Notes: generated from the sequence alone by a model not told the origin. Counted from the stretch's first letter, positions 21,547 through 32,142 are shown. The stretch: 64,000 nt of DNA from an uncultured Acidobacteriota bacterium (GCA_963750475.1 CAVVQQ010000003.1:513191-577190), one strand, 5' to 3'. Numbers and translations are program-made.

Positions 21547-22932
21547 TTGTCATTTACCGATCTCAAGCTTCACCCCAGCCTCCTCAAGGGCATCAAGGAA
21601 CTTGGCTTTGCGCGGCCGACACCGATTCAGGCCGACGCGATTCCTCCAGGGCTCGAGGGGCGCGACGTCCTGGCCTGCGCGCAGACCGGCAGCGGCAAGA
21701 CCGCGGCCTTCCTGCTGCCGATTCTCAACAAGCTGATCGAGAAGCCGCGCGGGACGACGCGCGCGCTCGTGCTCGCGCCGACGCGTGAGCTCGCCGCGCA
21801 GATCCTGGCCGACCTCAACGACCTGGCGGTCCATACGCCGATTACCGGCGCGTCGATCTTCGGCGGCGTCGGGATGGGGCCGCAGGAGCACGCCTTCCGC
21901 AGCGGCGTCGACGTCCTGATCGCGACGCCCGGGCGCCTGCTCGATCACCTGCGCGCGCCGTACGCCCGGCTGACGTCTCTCGAGTTTCTCGTCCTGGACG
22001 AGGCCGACCGGATGCTCGACATGGGCTTCCTTCCCGAGATCCGGAAGATCCTCCGCTACGTTCCGGCCAAGCGTCAGACGCTGTTCTTCAGCGCGACGAT
22101 GCCGCCGCCGATCGCGGCGCTGACCGGGGAGATGCTCCGCAACCCGGTATCGATCCAGCGCGAGCGCCAGGCGGCGCCGGCCTCCGGCATCACCCAGGCG
22201 GTCTATCCGGTCAGCCAGGGGCTGAAGCCGGTGCTGCTCGTCAGCCTGCTGCAGCGCGGCGACATCAAGCAGGCGCTCGTCTTCACGCGCACGAAGCATC
22301 GCGCCAACCGCCTTGCCGACCACCTGGTGAAGGCCGGCGTCCGTGCCGAGCGCATTCACGGCAACCGATCGCAGGCGCAGCGGACCGCCGCGCTCGAGGG
22401 CTTCAAGACCGGCCGGTTTCCGGTGCTGGTGGCGACCGACATCGCGGCGCGCGGCATCGACGTCGATGCGCTCGGCCACGTCATCAACTTCGACGTGCCG
22501 CTGGTGCCGGAGGATTACATCCACCGCGTCGGCCGGACCGGGCGCGCCGAGGCCACCGGTGATGCGTTCACGTTCGTCTCACCCGAGGAGGAAGGCAACC
22601 TGCGCGATATCGAGCGGGCGATTTCCCGCCGGCTGCCCCGGGTGACGGTGCCGGACTTCGATTACAACGCCAAGACCGCGCCGAAGCTGGAGATCCCGCT
22701 CGCCGACCGCATCGCCGAGATCCGGGCGCGCAAGCGGGACGAGCGCGCCCGTGCGGCCGTCAACGCCGCGCGCCGATCCGCGAACCAGCGCGGCCAGGCA
22801 GTGCCGCCGGCGTCTCCGCATGCGCCGCGGCCGGCCCACGGCGGGCGGCCGGGGGGCCAGGGCCGGCCATCTCGCTACGGCGGCCCGCGCCGCGGGCCGG
22901 GCGGCGGCTCCAGCAGCGGACGCCCCCGCTGA
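21547..22932 (+). CDS. rhlE: DEAD-box ATP-dependent RNA helicase (RhlE-like) with basic Gly/Arg-rich tail
   Basis: Has the Q-motif (GFARPTPIQ), Walker A (AQTGSGKT), DEAD (VLDEADRMLD), SAT, HRVGRTGRAE, and the C-terminal RGG-like tail. Confidence 0.9.
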   Translation: MSFTDLKLHPSLLKGIKELGFARPTPIQADAIPPGLEGRDVLACAQTGSGKTAAFLLPILNKLIEKPRGTTRALVLAPTRELAAQILADLNDLAVHTPITGASIFGGVGMGPQEHAFRSGVDVLIATPGRLLDHLRAPYARLTSLEFLVLDEADRMLDMGFLPEIRKILRYVPAKRQTLFFSATMPPPIAALTGEMLRNPVSIQRERQAAPASGITQAVYPVSQGLKPVLLVSLLQRGDIKQALVFTRTKHRANRLADHLVKAGVRAERIHGNRSQAQRTAALEGFKTGRFPVLVATDIAARGIDVDALGHVINFDVPLVPEDYIHRVGRTGRAEATGDAFTFVSPEEEGNLRDIERAISRRLPRVTVPDFDYNAKTAPKLEIPLADRIAEIRARKRDERARAAVNAARRSANQRGQAVPPASPHAPRPAHGGRPGGQGRPSRYGGPRRGPGGGSSSGRPR

Positions 22933-23017
22933 GGCAGCTAACCTCAAGTCTGTGTTATGCTTATCCGCTGCTGTCGTCGCGGCGGATGGATTGGCTGCGA
23001 CGTGTCGGCGCCGTGAG

Positions 23018-24088
23018 ATGCCAGCAACTCCTATCGAGTTCTCGCTCGAGCTGACCCCCCGGTCCCGCGTCGATGTATTCGACGTCCGCCGCGAAGTCTC
23101 GGAGCGGCACGGCGATGCCCTCGACGAATACCCTCGCGCGCTCTGCTGCTCCTTCCATACGACGGCCGGCTACATCGACCAGTCCGTCGCCGCCCGGCTC
23201 AACCAGAACCGCGCCGGCGTCATGGCGTACATCGACCTCTTCCGGACCATGTTTCCGCAGGGGGCCGGTTACGAGCACGACAAGATCGAGCGCCGCACGG
23301 AGCTGTCGGAAGCCCAGAAGCCGGCCGAGCCGCTGAATGCGGACTCGCACCTGGCGTTCATGGCCGGAGCGCTGCGGACCTGCGTCTCGTACCTGAACCG
23401 GCCCGGCGAGCCGATGTCGTTCATCGACCTCGATGGCGTGCACGACGGGCGGCCGCGCACGCGGCGCACCACGGTCCTCGGCTATTCGGCTGAAGAGACC
23501 GTCGCGCAGGCGCGGGTGGTGGTACCGGTCGCGGGCCACAGCGTCGAGTCGGTGAACCTCAAGGATCCGCGCCTTGGCGTCTACGAGCAGTGCGCCGAGC
23601 TGCTGGCGCACCACGAGGTGACCAAGGGACGCATCCGCCTCTCGCTCGGACCGGGCGAGCGCCATGCCGGGCTGACCGTGAACGAGTACGAGACGCTGCT
23701 GATGCGCCACGATCTGTCGGAGGTGCTGCGCGACCCGGTGCGGTTCATGGCCGAGAAGGCCGGTCACATGCTCGGCAACCCGCGCGCGATTCCCGCCCGC
23801 ACGCTCGACTACGCGAAGTACGACATGGTCCGCGTCTTCAACCGCTTCGTGGACGCGCTCGGCCTGCGGGAGTCGATGGTCGAGAGCGTGCTGTCGCGGG
23901 CGATCGCGATGCCGGCCTCGCGCTTCCTGCGAATGAAGCGGTCCGTCAGCCTGCTCGTCTCCGACCGCGCCCAGCCCGGTCGCGGCGCCGTCGTCGAAGG
24001 CACCTACCAGAGCCCGATCCTGGTGCAGTGGCACCGCGGTGCGAAGCAGCAGCGCGTCCTCGACGTCACCCTGACCCGCTTCATCTAG
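23018..24088 (+). CDS. Hypothetical protein with YjbQ/UPF0047-like N-terminal domain and an uncharacterised C-terminal extension
   Basis: 356 aa, starting at MPATPIEF. CCSFHTTAGYIDQS, FPQGAGYEHD and NADSHLAFMAG line up with the YjbQ motifs (HTSASL, NYEHD, DMPSHIKSS). The protein is about 2.5x the usual YjbQ length. Confidence 0.5.
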   Translation: MPATPIEFSLELTPRSRVDVFDVRREVSERHGDALDEYPRALCCSFHTTAGYIDQSVAARLNQNRAGVMAYIDLFRTMFPQGAGYEHDKIERRTELSEAQKPAEPLNADSHLAFMAGALRTCVSYLNRPGEPMSFIDLDGVHDGRPRTRRTTVLGYSAEETVAQARVVVPVAGHSVESVNLKDPRLGVYEQCAELLAHHEVTKGRIRLSLGPGERHAGLTVNEYETLLMRHDLSEVLRDPVRFMAEKAGHMLGNPRAIPARTLDYAKYDMVRVFNRFVDALGLRESMVESVLSRAIAMPASRFLRMKRSVSLLVSDRAQPGRGAVVEGTYQSPILVQWHRGAKQQRVLDVTLTRFI

Positions 24089-24093
24089 GGCCC

Positions 24094-24126
24094 AGGGGGA
24101 CACTCATCTTTAGCGTAAGTCGTTGA
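24094..24126. repeat. 33-nt conserved motif, copy 2 (AGGGGGACACTCATCTTTAGCGTAAGTCGTTGA)
   Basis: 32/33 identical to 7377-7409. Lies between two plus-strand genes. Confidence 0.85.
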
Positions 24127-24184
24127 TTCTGCAGGATCAGTCTGAAAAACACGTCCGATCGGCCGCAGACGGTATGATCGGGGC

Positions 24185-24997
24185 GTGATTCGCGAACGTC
24201 GCGTGACCGTCGGCGGGCGTCCGACCCGCTGTCTCGAGGCCGGCGCCGGCTGGCCCGTCCTCCTGCTTCATGCCTTCCCGCTCAATGCCGACATGTGGCG
24301 CGCGCAGCTCGAAGCGGTGCCACAAGGCTGGCGCTTCGTTGCCCCCGACCTGCGCGGCTTCGGACCGGAAGCCGTCTCCGTCCCCGGCGCCACGCCGCCG
24401 ACGATGGACGACTTCGCCGATGACGTGGGCGGGGTGATGGACGCGCTGGAAATTCCGGAGGCGACGATCGGTGGCCTGTCGATGGGCGGCTATGTCGCCC
24501 TGGCGCTCTGTCGCCGCGCGCCCGAGCGCTTCACCGGCATGATCCTGTCCGACACCCGGCCCCAGCCCGACTCGACCGCCGCCCGGGAGGGACGCCGGGA
24601 GATGATCGAGCTCGCCCGGACCGGCGGTGCGGCGGCCGTCGCGGAGCGTATGCTGCCGAAGCTCCTCGGACAGACCACGCAGTCGTCGCGGCCCGAGGTC
24701 GCCGCCGCGGTCCGCGCGATGATCGAGGCCGCGAGCGTGGACGCGATCGAGGGAGCGCTCGAGGCGATGATGGGCCGGCCCGACTCGACCCCCGAGCTCG
24801 CGAAAATCGGCTGGCCGGCGCTCGTGATCGTCGGCGCGGAGGACGAGATCACGCCGCCGGCTGACGCCGAGGCGATGGACCGCGCGATCACCCGGTCGCG
24901 CCTGGTGGTGATTCCGGAGGCCGGGCATCTCGCCAACCTCGAGGCGCCGGCCGTCTTCTCGGCCGCGCTCGCGGATTTCCTCCAGTCCCACCTCTGA
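24185..24997 (+). CDS. Alpha/beta-fold hydrolase
   Basis: 270 aa with a GTG start. Contains PVLLLHAFPLNADMW, the nucleophile elbow GLSMGGYVA, and a C-terminal GHLANLE. Confidence 0.85.
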   Translation: MIRERRVTVGGRPTRCLEAGAGWPVLLLHAFPLNADMWRAQLEAVPQGWRFVAPDLRGFGPEAVSVPGATPPTMDDFADDVGGVMDALEIPEATIGGLSMGGYVALALCRRAPERFTGMILSDTRPQPDSTAAREGRREMIELARTGGAAAVAERMLPKLLGQTTQSSRPEVAAAVRAMIEAASVDAIEGALEAMMGRPDSTPELAKIGWPALVIVGAEDEITPPADAEAMDRAITRSRLVVIPEAGHLANLEAPAVFSAALADFLQSHL

Positions 24998-25023
24998 TTC
25001 CGGGGATGCGCTAGGATCATTCG

Positions 25024-25896
25024 ATGTTTCGATATGCCCCCGCCGGGCTCCTGATTGCCGCTGTGCTGTCCGGCCCGGCCAATGCGCCAGCCGGCGTCGC
25101 GGCCGCGCCCCGCGCCGCGCAGGCGTCTGCGCTCGCCGACACGCTGCACCGGCCGCTCGATCAGATCCTCGATACGAACGTCCGCGACGGCCTGGTGTAT
25201 TACCGGGCGCTCAAGTCCGAGCGCGGCCGGCTCGACCGCTACATCACCTCGCTGAACGTGGCGCCGGCGGTCTACGACGCCTGGCCGCGCGACGAGCAGA
25301 TGGCCTTCTGGGTGAACGCCTACAACGCGTTCGTCCTCCAGACGGTGATCGACAGGTATCCGATTCACGGCACCAGCACGAAATATCCCGCCAACAGCAT
25401 CCGGCAGATTCCCGGCGCCTTCGAGACGCTCCGCCATCGTGCGGCGGGACGCAACGTGACGCTCGACGAGATCGAGAAGACCATCCTGCCCGAGTTCAAG
25501 GAGCCCCGGCTGCAGCTCGCGCTCGGCCGCGGCGCGGTCGGCGGCGGCCGGCTCCACAGTGACGCGTTCACCGGCGGCCGCATCGCCGGGCAGCTCGACG
25601 AGATCCGGAAGGAGTTCGTCGCCGAGCGGACGATGCTGATCGTCGATCGCTCTGCCGCGAAGATTTCGCTGACGCCAATCCTCAGCTGGCACGAGGCGGA
25701 GTTCGTGGCCGCCTACGACAAGGGACCCGAAGGACCCTTCGCGCAGCGCTCGCCGATCGAGCGCGCCGCGGCGGCGTTCATCGCCCCGAACCTGCTGCCG
25801 CTCGAAAAGGAGCTGCTGCAGAAGAACCAGTTCACGGTCGTCTTCCATCCGTTCGACTGGCGGCTCAACGACCTGACCGGCGGCCGGCCCGACTAA
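25024..25896 (+). CDS. DUF547-domain protein (secreted)
   Basis: 290 aa with a signal peptide. AFWVNAYNAFVLQTVIDRYPI and LQLALGRGAVGGGRL match DUF547. Confidence 0.75.
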   Translation: MFRYAPAGLLIAAVLSGPANAPAGVAAAPRAAQASALADTLHRPLDQILDTNVRDGLVYYRALKSERGRLDRYITSLNVAPAVYDAWPRDEQMAFWVNAYNAFVLQTVIDRYPIHGTSTKYPANSIRQIPGAFETLRHRAAGRNVTLDEIEKTILPEFKEPRLQLALGRGAVGGGRLHSDAFTGGRIAGQLDEIRKEFVAERTMLIVDRSAAKISLTPILSWHEAEFVAAYDKGPEGPFAQRSPIERAAAAFIAPNLLPLEKELLQKNQFTVVFHPFDWRLNDLTGGRPD

Positions 25897-25935
25897 TCGC
25901 GGCCCCCGCATCTGCCAGCTTTCCTGCCCATCACC

Positions 25936-26715
25936 ATGGATCTCGCCCTGACCGACAAGATTGCCATCGTCACCGGATCGAGCCGCGGCCTCGGACTGGC
26001 GAGCGCGCGGGCGCTCGTCCTCGAGGGCTGCCGCGTCTGCCTCTGCGCGCGCAACCCCGAGCGCCTCGCCGAGGCGGCGGTCGAGGTCGAGGCCAGCGCC
26101 CGGCGGCCGAACATGGTGATGACGGTCCAGGCCGATGTCTCGACGCCCGACGGCATCGCCCTCGTCGTCGATCGGACGGTCGAGAGCTTCGGCGGCCTCG
26201 ACATCCTCGTCAACAATGTCGGCCGCGGCGGCGGCGCCGGGCTGGTCGATACAACCGACGCCGAATGGCAGGCGGCCTTCGACGAGACGCTCTTCCCGGC
26301 GATCCGTGCCTCGCGCCTCGCCGTTCCGCACATGAAGGCCCGCGGCGGCGGCGCGATCATCATGATCGCGTCGATCTGGGGCCGCGAGTCGGGCGGACGC
26401 ATGACCTACAACGCCGTCAAGGCCGCCGAGATCAGCCTCGCCAAGTCGCTCGCCCAGCAGCTCGCGCCGCTCAACATCCGGGTCAACAGCCTCGCGCCGG
26501 GATCGATTCTCTTCCCGGGCGGCTCCTGGCACGCGCGCCAGCAGGCCGACCCCGCCGGCATCGCCGACTTCGTCAAGCGCGAGCTTCCGTTCGGCCGCTT
26601 CGGCCGCCCCGAGGAAGTCGGCGCGGTCGTCGCCTTCCTCGCCTCCTCGAAAGCGAGCTGGGTCAGCGGCGCGTCGCTGACCGTGGACGGCTGCCAGTCG
26701 AGATCGAATATTTAA
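25936..26715 (+). CDS. SDR-family oxidoreductase
   Basis: 259 aa. Has the TGSSRGLG cofactor motif, NNVG, and the YNAVKAA catalytic YxxxK. Confidence 0.9.
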   Translation: MDLALTDKIAIVTGSSRGLGLASARALVLEGCRVCLCARNPERLAEAAVEVEASARRPNMVMTVQADVSTPDGIALVVDRTVESFGGLDILVNNVGRGGGAGLVDTTDAEWQAAFDETLFPAIRASRLAVPHMKARGGGAIIMIASIWGRESGGRMTYNAVKAAEISLAKSLAQQLAPLNIRVNSLAPGSILFPGGSWHARQQADPAGIADFVKRELPFGRFGRPEEVGAVVAFLASSKASWVSGASLTVDGCQSRSNI

Positions 26716-26872
26716 CGGCTTCAGGCTTCCCGCTTCCCGCTTCCCGCTTCCCGCTGAAGCCAGCAGCCAGTAACCAGTAACCGGTAACCGGTAACCAGAT
26801 AGCTGGAAGCTGGCAGCTGGCAGCTGGAAGCTGGCAACTGGCAACTGGCAACTGGCCCCTGGCCTCTCTTAG
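26716..26872. repeat. Composite heptamer array (GCTTCCC x4 inside a GGCTTCAG/CTGAAGCC stem; CCAGTAA/CCGGTAA x4; CTGGAAG/CTGGCAG/CTGGCAA x9)
   Basis: Read directly. It starts immediately after the SDR stop codon (taa 26713-26715) and ends 17 nt before the symporter ATG. Confidence 0.9.
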
Positions 26873-26889
26873 CTGATAGCTTTATACCC

Positions 26890-28222
26890 ATGCTGCAGTC
26901 GCTCGCCGACGCGCTCTTCATGCCGTGGGTCGTCACGGTGCTCCTTGGCACCGGCCTCTTTCTGACCCTGCGCCTCGGCGTCGTCCAGGTCCGCCGCTTC
27001 GGCGACGCCATTCGCGTCGCCTTCGTCCGCAGAGGCACCGGCACGACCGGCGCGGTGACGCCGTTCCAGGCCTTCATGACGGCGCTCGCCGCCTCGATCG
27101 GCACCGGCAACATCGCCGGCGTCGCCACCGCGATCGTCTCCGGCGGTCCCGGCGCGCTGTTCTGGATGTGGGTCTACGGCTTCGTCGCGATGGCGATCAA
27201 GTTCAGCGAGGCGGTCCTCGGCGTCACCTTCCGCGAGTCGCGCGCCGGCGTCGTCCTGTCCGGGCCGATGTACTACCTGCGCGACGGCCTGAAGTCGCCG
27301 TTCCTGGCCTGGCTCTTCGCGCTCGTCGCCGCGGTCGCCGCCCTCACGACCACCCCTTTCACCCAGCCGAATTCGATGGCCCTGGCGCTCTACAGCGTCG
27401 TCGGCATCCCGAAGATCGTCTCCGGCATCGTCATCGCCGTGATGACCTGGCTCGTGATCATCGGCGGGATCAAGGCGATTGCGAGCGCCGCCGAAAAGCT
27501 GTCGCCGCTGAAAGTCGGGCTGTATCTCGCCGGCGGCTTGATCGTGATCCTCGCCAACGTGACGAAGATTCCGGCGGTGCTCTCGCTGGTCTTCGAGAGC
27601 GCCTTCTCGATGCGATCGGCGGCCGGCGGCGGCATCGGACTGCTGGTCGCGATGCGCTACGGCATCGCCCGCGGCATCTACGCCAACGAGGCCGGCTACG
27701 GCACCGCCGCGGTCGCTTACGGCACCGCCCGGAGCGCGCAGCCCGCCCAGCAGGGGCTGAACGCGGTAATGGAGGTCTTCATCGTTTCGTTCGTGACCTC
27801 CACGATCAGCGCGATGACGCTGCTCCTGACCGGCGTCTGGCAGTCCGGCCTGACCAGCACGGCGGCGGTCGCGGCCGGCTTCAACAGCGTGATGCCGGTC
27901 TTCGGCGGCTACATCGTCGCCTTCTGCGCGTTCCTGTTCGGCTACACCACGCTCATCGGCTGGGCGTACTTCGGCGAGCAGTTCTTCGAGTACATCTTCG
28001 GCCGGAAGGTGACGACGCCGTACCGGTGGGCGTACTGCCTGCCTGATCCCGTTCGGCGCCGTCTCGAAGGTGACGACGGTGTGGGCGTGGGGCGATCTGA
28101 TGAACGCCCTGCAGGTGTTTCCGAATGTGATCGGCCTGATCGGCCTCAGCGGCATCGTCGCCGCGGCGTCGCGCGAGCGGCTTCTGCAGCCGGCGGCTGC
28201 GGACGACGCCCGCGGGGTCTGA
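26890..28222 (+). pseudogene. Alanine/glycine:cation symporter (AGCS family), one +1 frame change near 28040-28044
   Basis: FQAFMTALAASIGTGNIAGVATAI and GIYANEAGYGTA are AGCS signatures. After YRWAYCL the family C-terminus (LIPFGAVSKVTTVWAWGDLMNALQVFPNVIGLIGLSG...) continues in the +1 frame to a stop at 28220-28222. The 835-aa run-through ORF is an artefact. Confidence 0.85.
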
Positions 28223-28228
28223 GTCGGA

Positions 28229-29506
28229 ATGGCGCGGATCGTCTGCACCGCCTGGGGATCGCTCGGCGACCTGCATCCGTTCCTGGCCGTGGCGCTCGAA
28301 TTGAAGCGCCGCGGGCACGACCCGGTGGTCGCGACGCTGCCGTCGTGGCGCGACAACGTCGAGCGCGCCGGCGTCGAGTTCCGGCCGGTCAGGCCGGATG
28401 TGCCGGCGAGCGAGAGCGACGCGCGGGAACTGATTCGCAAGGTGCTCGACGCGAGGAGCGGCCCGCACTTCCTGTTCACCGGTCTCCTCGGACCGCAGAT
28501 GCGCGAGGCCTACGACGATACGCTGGCGGCCGCCGCGGGAGCGGATCTGCTCGTCTCCCACCAGCTGCCGCAGACGGCGCCGATCGTCGCCGAGCGGACC
28601 GGCATCCCGTGGGTGTCGGCGGTGCTCGCCCCGATGGGGTTCATCTCGGCGTGGGATCCGCCGACGCCGCCGGGAGCGCCGGCGCTGCGCGCCGTCCTGG
28701 CGGTGCACCCCATTGCCGGCCGGGCGTTCAGGCAGATCGTGCGCGTCGTCAGCGACAGGTGGATGGCGCCGATCTACCGCCTTCGCGCCGAGCTCGGCCT
28801 GGCGCGCGGCCAGCATCCGCTGTTCGAGGGGCAGCACTCGCCGGCGCGCGTGCTGGCCCTCTTCTCGCCGGTGCTCGGGGCGAAGCAGCGCGACTATCCG
28901 CCGCAGACCGTCGTCACCGGCTTCCCGTTCTACGACGCGGCGCCGTCGCGCCCGGCCGACCCCGGCTTGACGACGTTTCTCGATGGCGGGGAGCCGCCGA
29001 TCGTGTTCACGCTCGGTTCGTCGGCGGTGTGGGTGGCGGACGATTTCTACGAGGTCAGCATCGCGGCGGCGAACGCGCTCGGGCGGCGGGCGCTGCTTCT
29101 CGTCGGCGAGGATCCGGCCCCGCTCCGCGCGAGGGTGCCGCCCGGCATCGGCGTGTTCGACTACGCGCCGCATGCGCTGGTCATGCCCCGCGCATCCGTG
29201 ATCGTTCATCAGGGCGGGGTGGGCACCACCGCCCAGGCGCTGCGCGCCGGCCGTCCCAGCCTGGTCGTCCCCTTCGGACAGGACCAGCCCGACAATGCCA
29301 GGCGCGTCACCCGGCTCGGGGTGGCGCGGACGATTTCGCGGGGTCATTATCGCGTCGACCGGGTGGTTGCGGAGCTGACGCGGCTGATGGCGCCTGATTA
29401 CGCTGCCCGGGCGGCGGCGGTAGGGGAGCGGATCAGGTCCGAGGACGGCGCCGCCCGGGCCGCGGACGAGATCGAGCAGGTGCTCGACGGCCGTTTCGCC
29501 TCTTGA
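28229..29506 (+). CDS. GT1-family glycosyltransferase (UDP-glycosyltransferase / MGT-like)
   Basis: 425 aa. The N-terminus is GSLGDLHPFLAVALELKRRGH. The C-terminal donor-binding motif is HQGGVGTTAQALRAGRPSLVVPFGQDQPDNA. Confidence 0.8.
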   Translation: MARIVCTAWGSLGDLHPFLAVALELKRRGHDPVVATLPSWRDNVERAGVEFRPVRPDVPASESDARELIRKVLDARSGPHFLFTGLLGPQMREAYDDTLAAAAGADLLVSHQLPQTAPIVAERTGIPWVSAVLAPMGFISAWDPPTPPGAPALRAVLAVHPIAGRAFRQIVRVVSDRWMAPIYRLRAELGLARGQHPLFEGQHSPARVLALFSPVLGAKQRDYPPQTVVTGFPFYDAAPSRPADPGLTTFLDGGEPPIVFTLGSSAVWVADDFYEVSIAAANALGRRALLLVGEDPAPLRARVPPGIGVFDYAPHALVMPRASVIVHQGGVGTTAQALRAGRPSLVVPFGQDQPDNARRVTRLGVARTISRGHYRVDRVVAELTRLMAPDYAARAAAVGERIRSEDGAARAADEIEQVLDGRFAS

Positions 29507-29564
29507 TCGCCCGGCCCGCGCCTGCTACGATCGGGCCTCAATTCCTCACCGCTCAACAGTTTCC

Positions 29565-32142
29565 ATGGCGCAAGAGACCCTTCCCGTCGTTACCGGAGAA
29601 AAGGACCGCTCCCTCCAGGAGGCGCTGACCCGGCTGACCGCGTCCCGCGGCCCGGTGAGCGATCCGGCGGATCCGATCGTCACGGCGGCGCATCGCCTGC
29701 CGGCGATTGCAGCGTCGTTCGCCCCCTATCCTGAAGGGACCGACCCGCGGCTGCGGAGCGCGCTGGCGGCGCGGGGCGTCGAGCAGCTCTACACGCATCA
29801 GGCCGAAGCGTTCGGCCACGTCGCTCGGCGGCCGCAACGTCGTCACCATCACGCCGACCGCTTCGGGCAAGACGCTCTGCTACAACGCGCCGGTGCTGAA
29901 CGCGATCCTGCAGGATCCGTCGACCCGCGCGCTGTATCTGTTTCCCGACCAAGGCGCTGGCGCAGGATCAGCTCGCCGAGCTGCACGCGCTGTCGGAGCT
30001 CGTCAGCGAGCGACACCGACGTCGAGATCGGCGTCTTCACCTACGACGGCGACACGCCGTCGGATGCGCGGCGCGCGATCCGCGGCAAGGCCCACGTCGT
30101 GCTCAGCAATCCCGACATGCTGCACTCGGGGATCCTGCCGCACCATCCGCGCTGGGCGAAGCTGTTCGAGAACCTGCGCTTCGTCGTCATCGACGAGCTG
30201 CACGCCTATCGCGGCGTGTTCGGCAGCCACCTCGCGCAACATCCTGCGCCGGCTGCAGCGGATCTGCCGGCACTACGGGTCCGATCCGGTCTTCATCTGC
30301 TCGTCGGCGACGATCGCCAATCCGCGCGAGCTGGCCGAGGGGCTGACCGGGCGCCCGTTCGAGCTGGTCGAGAAGAGCGGCGCGCCGCGCGGCGAGAAGT
30401 TCTTCCTCTTCGTCAACCCGCCGGTCGTCAACGCGCAGCTCGGCATCCGCCGCTCGTACCTGGCCGAGGCGCGGCGGGTCGCGCTCGAGTTCCTGAAGCA
30501 CAACCTGCAGCTGATCCTCTTCGCGCAGAGCCGGCTGGCGGTCGAGATCCTGACGACGTATCTGAAGGATGCCTTCCACGGCCCGCCGGGCGCGGCCGAC
30601 GTCATCCGCGGCTATCGCGGCGGCTACCTGCCGAACCGCCGCCGCGAGATCGAGCGCGGGCTGCGCGACGGGCTGGTGCGCGCGGTGGTCTCGACCAACG
30701 CGCTCGAGCTCGGCATCGACATCGGCGCGCTCGACGTGTCGGTGATGGCCGGCTACCCGGGAACGATTGCCGCGACCTGGCAGCGCGCCGGCCGCGCCGG
30801 GCGCCGCGACGACGCGATCGGCGGCGGTGCTGGTGCGCCAGCAGCGCGCCGATCGATCAGTTCATCGTCCGCAACCCGTCGTATTTCTTCGACGCCATCG
30901 CCCGAGCACGCGCTGATCAATCCCGACAACCTGCACATCCTGCTCGACCACGTGAAGTGCGCGGCGTTCGAGCTGCCGTTCACGAGACGACGAGACAGTT
31001 CGGCGTCGCGAGGCGCCGCGACGAGGTCGACATTCAGGCGGTGCTCGGCGTCCTCGCCGAGGAGGGCTTCGTCCATCAGGCCGACGGCCAGTGGAACTGG
31101 ACCAACGAGTCGTACCCGGCCGACGCGGTCAGCCTGCGGTCGGTGTCGTCCGACAACTTCGTCGATCGTCGACACCACGCACGGCGAGCGGGTCATCGGC
31201 GAGACCGACTTCACCAGCGGCCCGTCGACGCTGCACGAGAAGGCGATCTACATCGTCGAAGGGCGCTGTTCCAGGTCGAGCGGCTCGACTTCGACGGCCG
31301 CAAGGCCTACGTGCGCGCGGTCGACTGCGACTACTACACCGACGCGATCACCTACACGAAGGTCACGATCCTCGACACGTTCGAGACGGGTCGCCAGCTC
31401 GCAGCTTCCAGCTCCCAGCTCACCGCTGACGACGACGAGCTGCCAGCTCCCAGCTCCCAGCTGCCGGCTGACGACGCAGAGCTCCCGGCCCTCGGCAGCT
31501 CGAGCTTCAGCGGCACTCCCCGGCGATCTCGAGCCGGCGGGCGTATCCGGCCCCGGCGCGATCCGCTCGCACGGCGAGGTCCACGTCGTCTCGCGCGTCG
31601 TCGGCTTCAAGAAGATCAAGTTCTACACCAACGAGAACGTCGGCTCGGGCGAGCTCGATCTGCCCGAGCAGCAGATGCACACCTCGTCGTACTGGCTGAC
31701 GATTCCGTCGGCGGTGATGGCGGCGCTGCCGTTTGCCGGCGACGATCGCCGCGACGGCGTCGTCGGCCTGGCGTTCGCGATGAAGAACGTCGCGCAGCTG
31801 CTGCTGATGTGCGACGGCCACGACATCGGCCTGTCGGTGGACGGCGGCGCGCTCGAGCGGTCGGCGCGGACCGGCGGCATCGGCGGCGTGCCCGACGCGC
31901 TCGCGACCGAGCCGAACGTCTTCATCTACGACAACTATCCCGGGCGGCATCGGCTTCAGCCGGCCGCTGTTCGAGATGCACGCGCCGCTGCTGGCGCGGA
32001 CGCGCGAGCTGATTGCCGGCTGCCCGTGCGAGTCCGGCTGCCCGTCGTGCGTCGGGCCCGAGGGCAACACCGGGCCGCACGCCAAGACAGGTGGCGCTCG
32101 CGCATCCTCGACGCGCTCGACTCGCCGCGGAGGCCGCCTGAC
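29565..32142 (+). pseudogene. DEAD/DEAH helicase with C-terminal DUF1998 zinc domain (MrfA/YprA-like), more than 10 frame changes as assembled
   Basis: Pieces alternate between the frames of ORFs 29565 and 29707. They are: LYTHQAEAF; NVVTITPTASGKTLCYNAPVL; VVIDELHAYRGVFGSHLA; ICSSATIANP; STNALELGIDIGALD...WQRAGRAGRR; DCDYYTDAITYTKV; and GCPCESGCPSCVGPEGN (the DUF1998 Cys cluster). The end coordinate is approximate. Confidence 0.8.
31394..31512. repeat. Heptamer array embedded in the helicase reading frame (17 units in constant 7-nt phase)
   Basis: ccagctc gcagctt ccagctc ccagctc accgctg acgacga cgagctg ccagctc ccagctc ccagctg ccggctg acgacgc agagctc and so on. This is the same unit family as the intergenic arrays. 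It lies between the DUF1998 segments ILDTFE and HGEVHVVSRV. Confidence 0.85.

Noticed and set aside
26890-29397. 835-aa ORF suggesting a symporter fused to a large C-terminal domain
   Set aside because: After about residue 385 the translation is Arg/Gly-rich nonsense lying over the GT1 gene in the wrong frame. A single +1 correction near 28040 gives a normal AGCS C-terminus ending at 28222.
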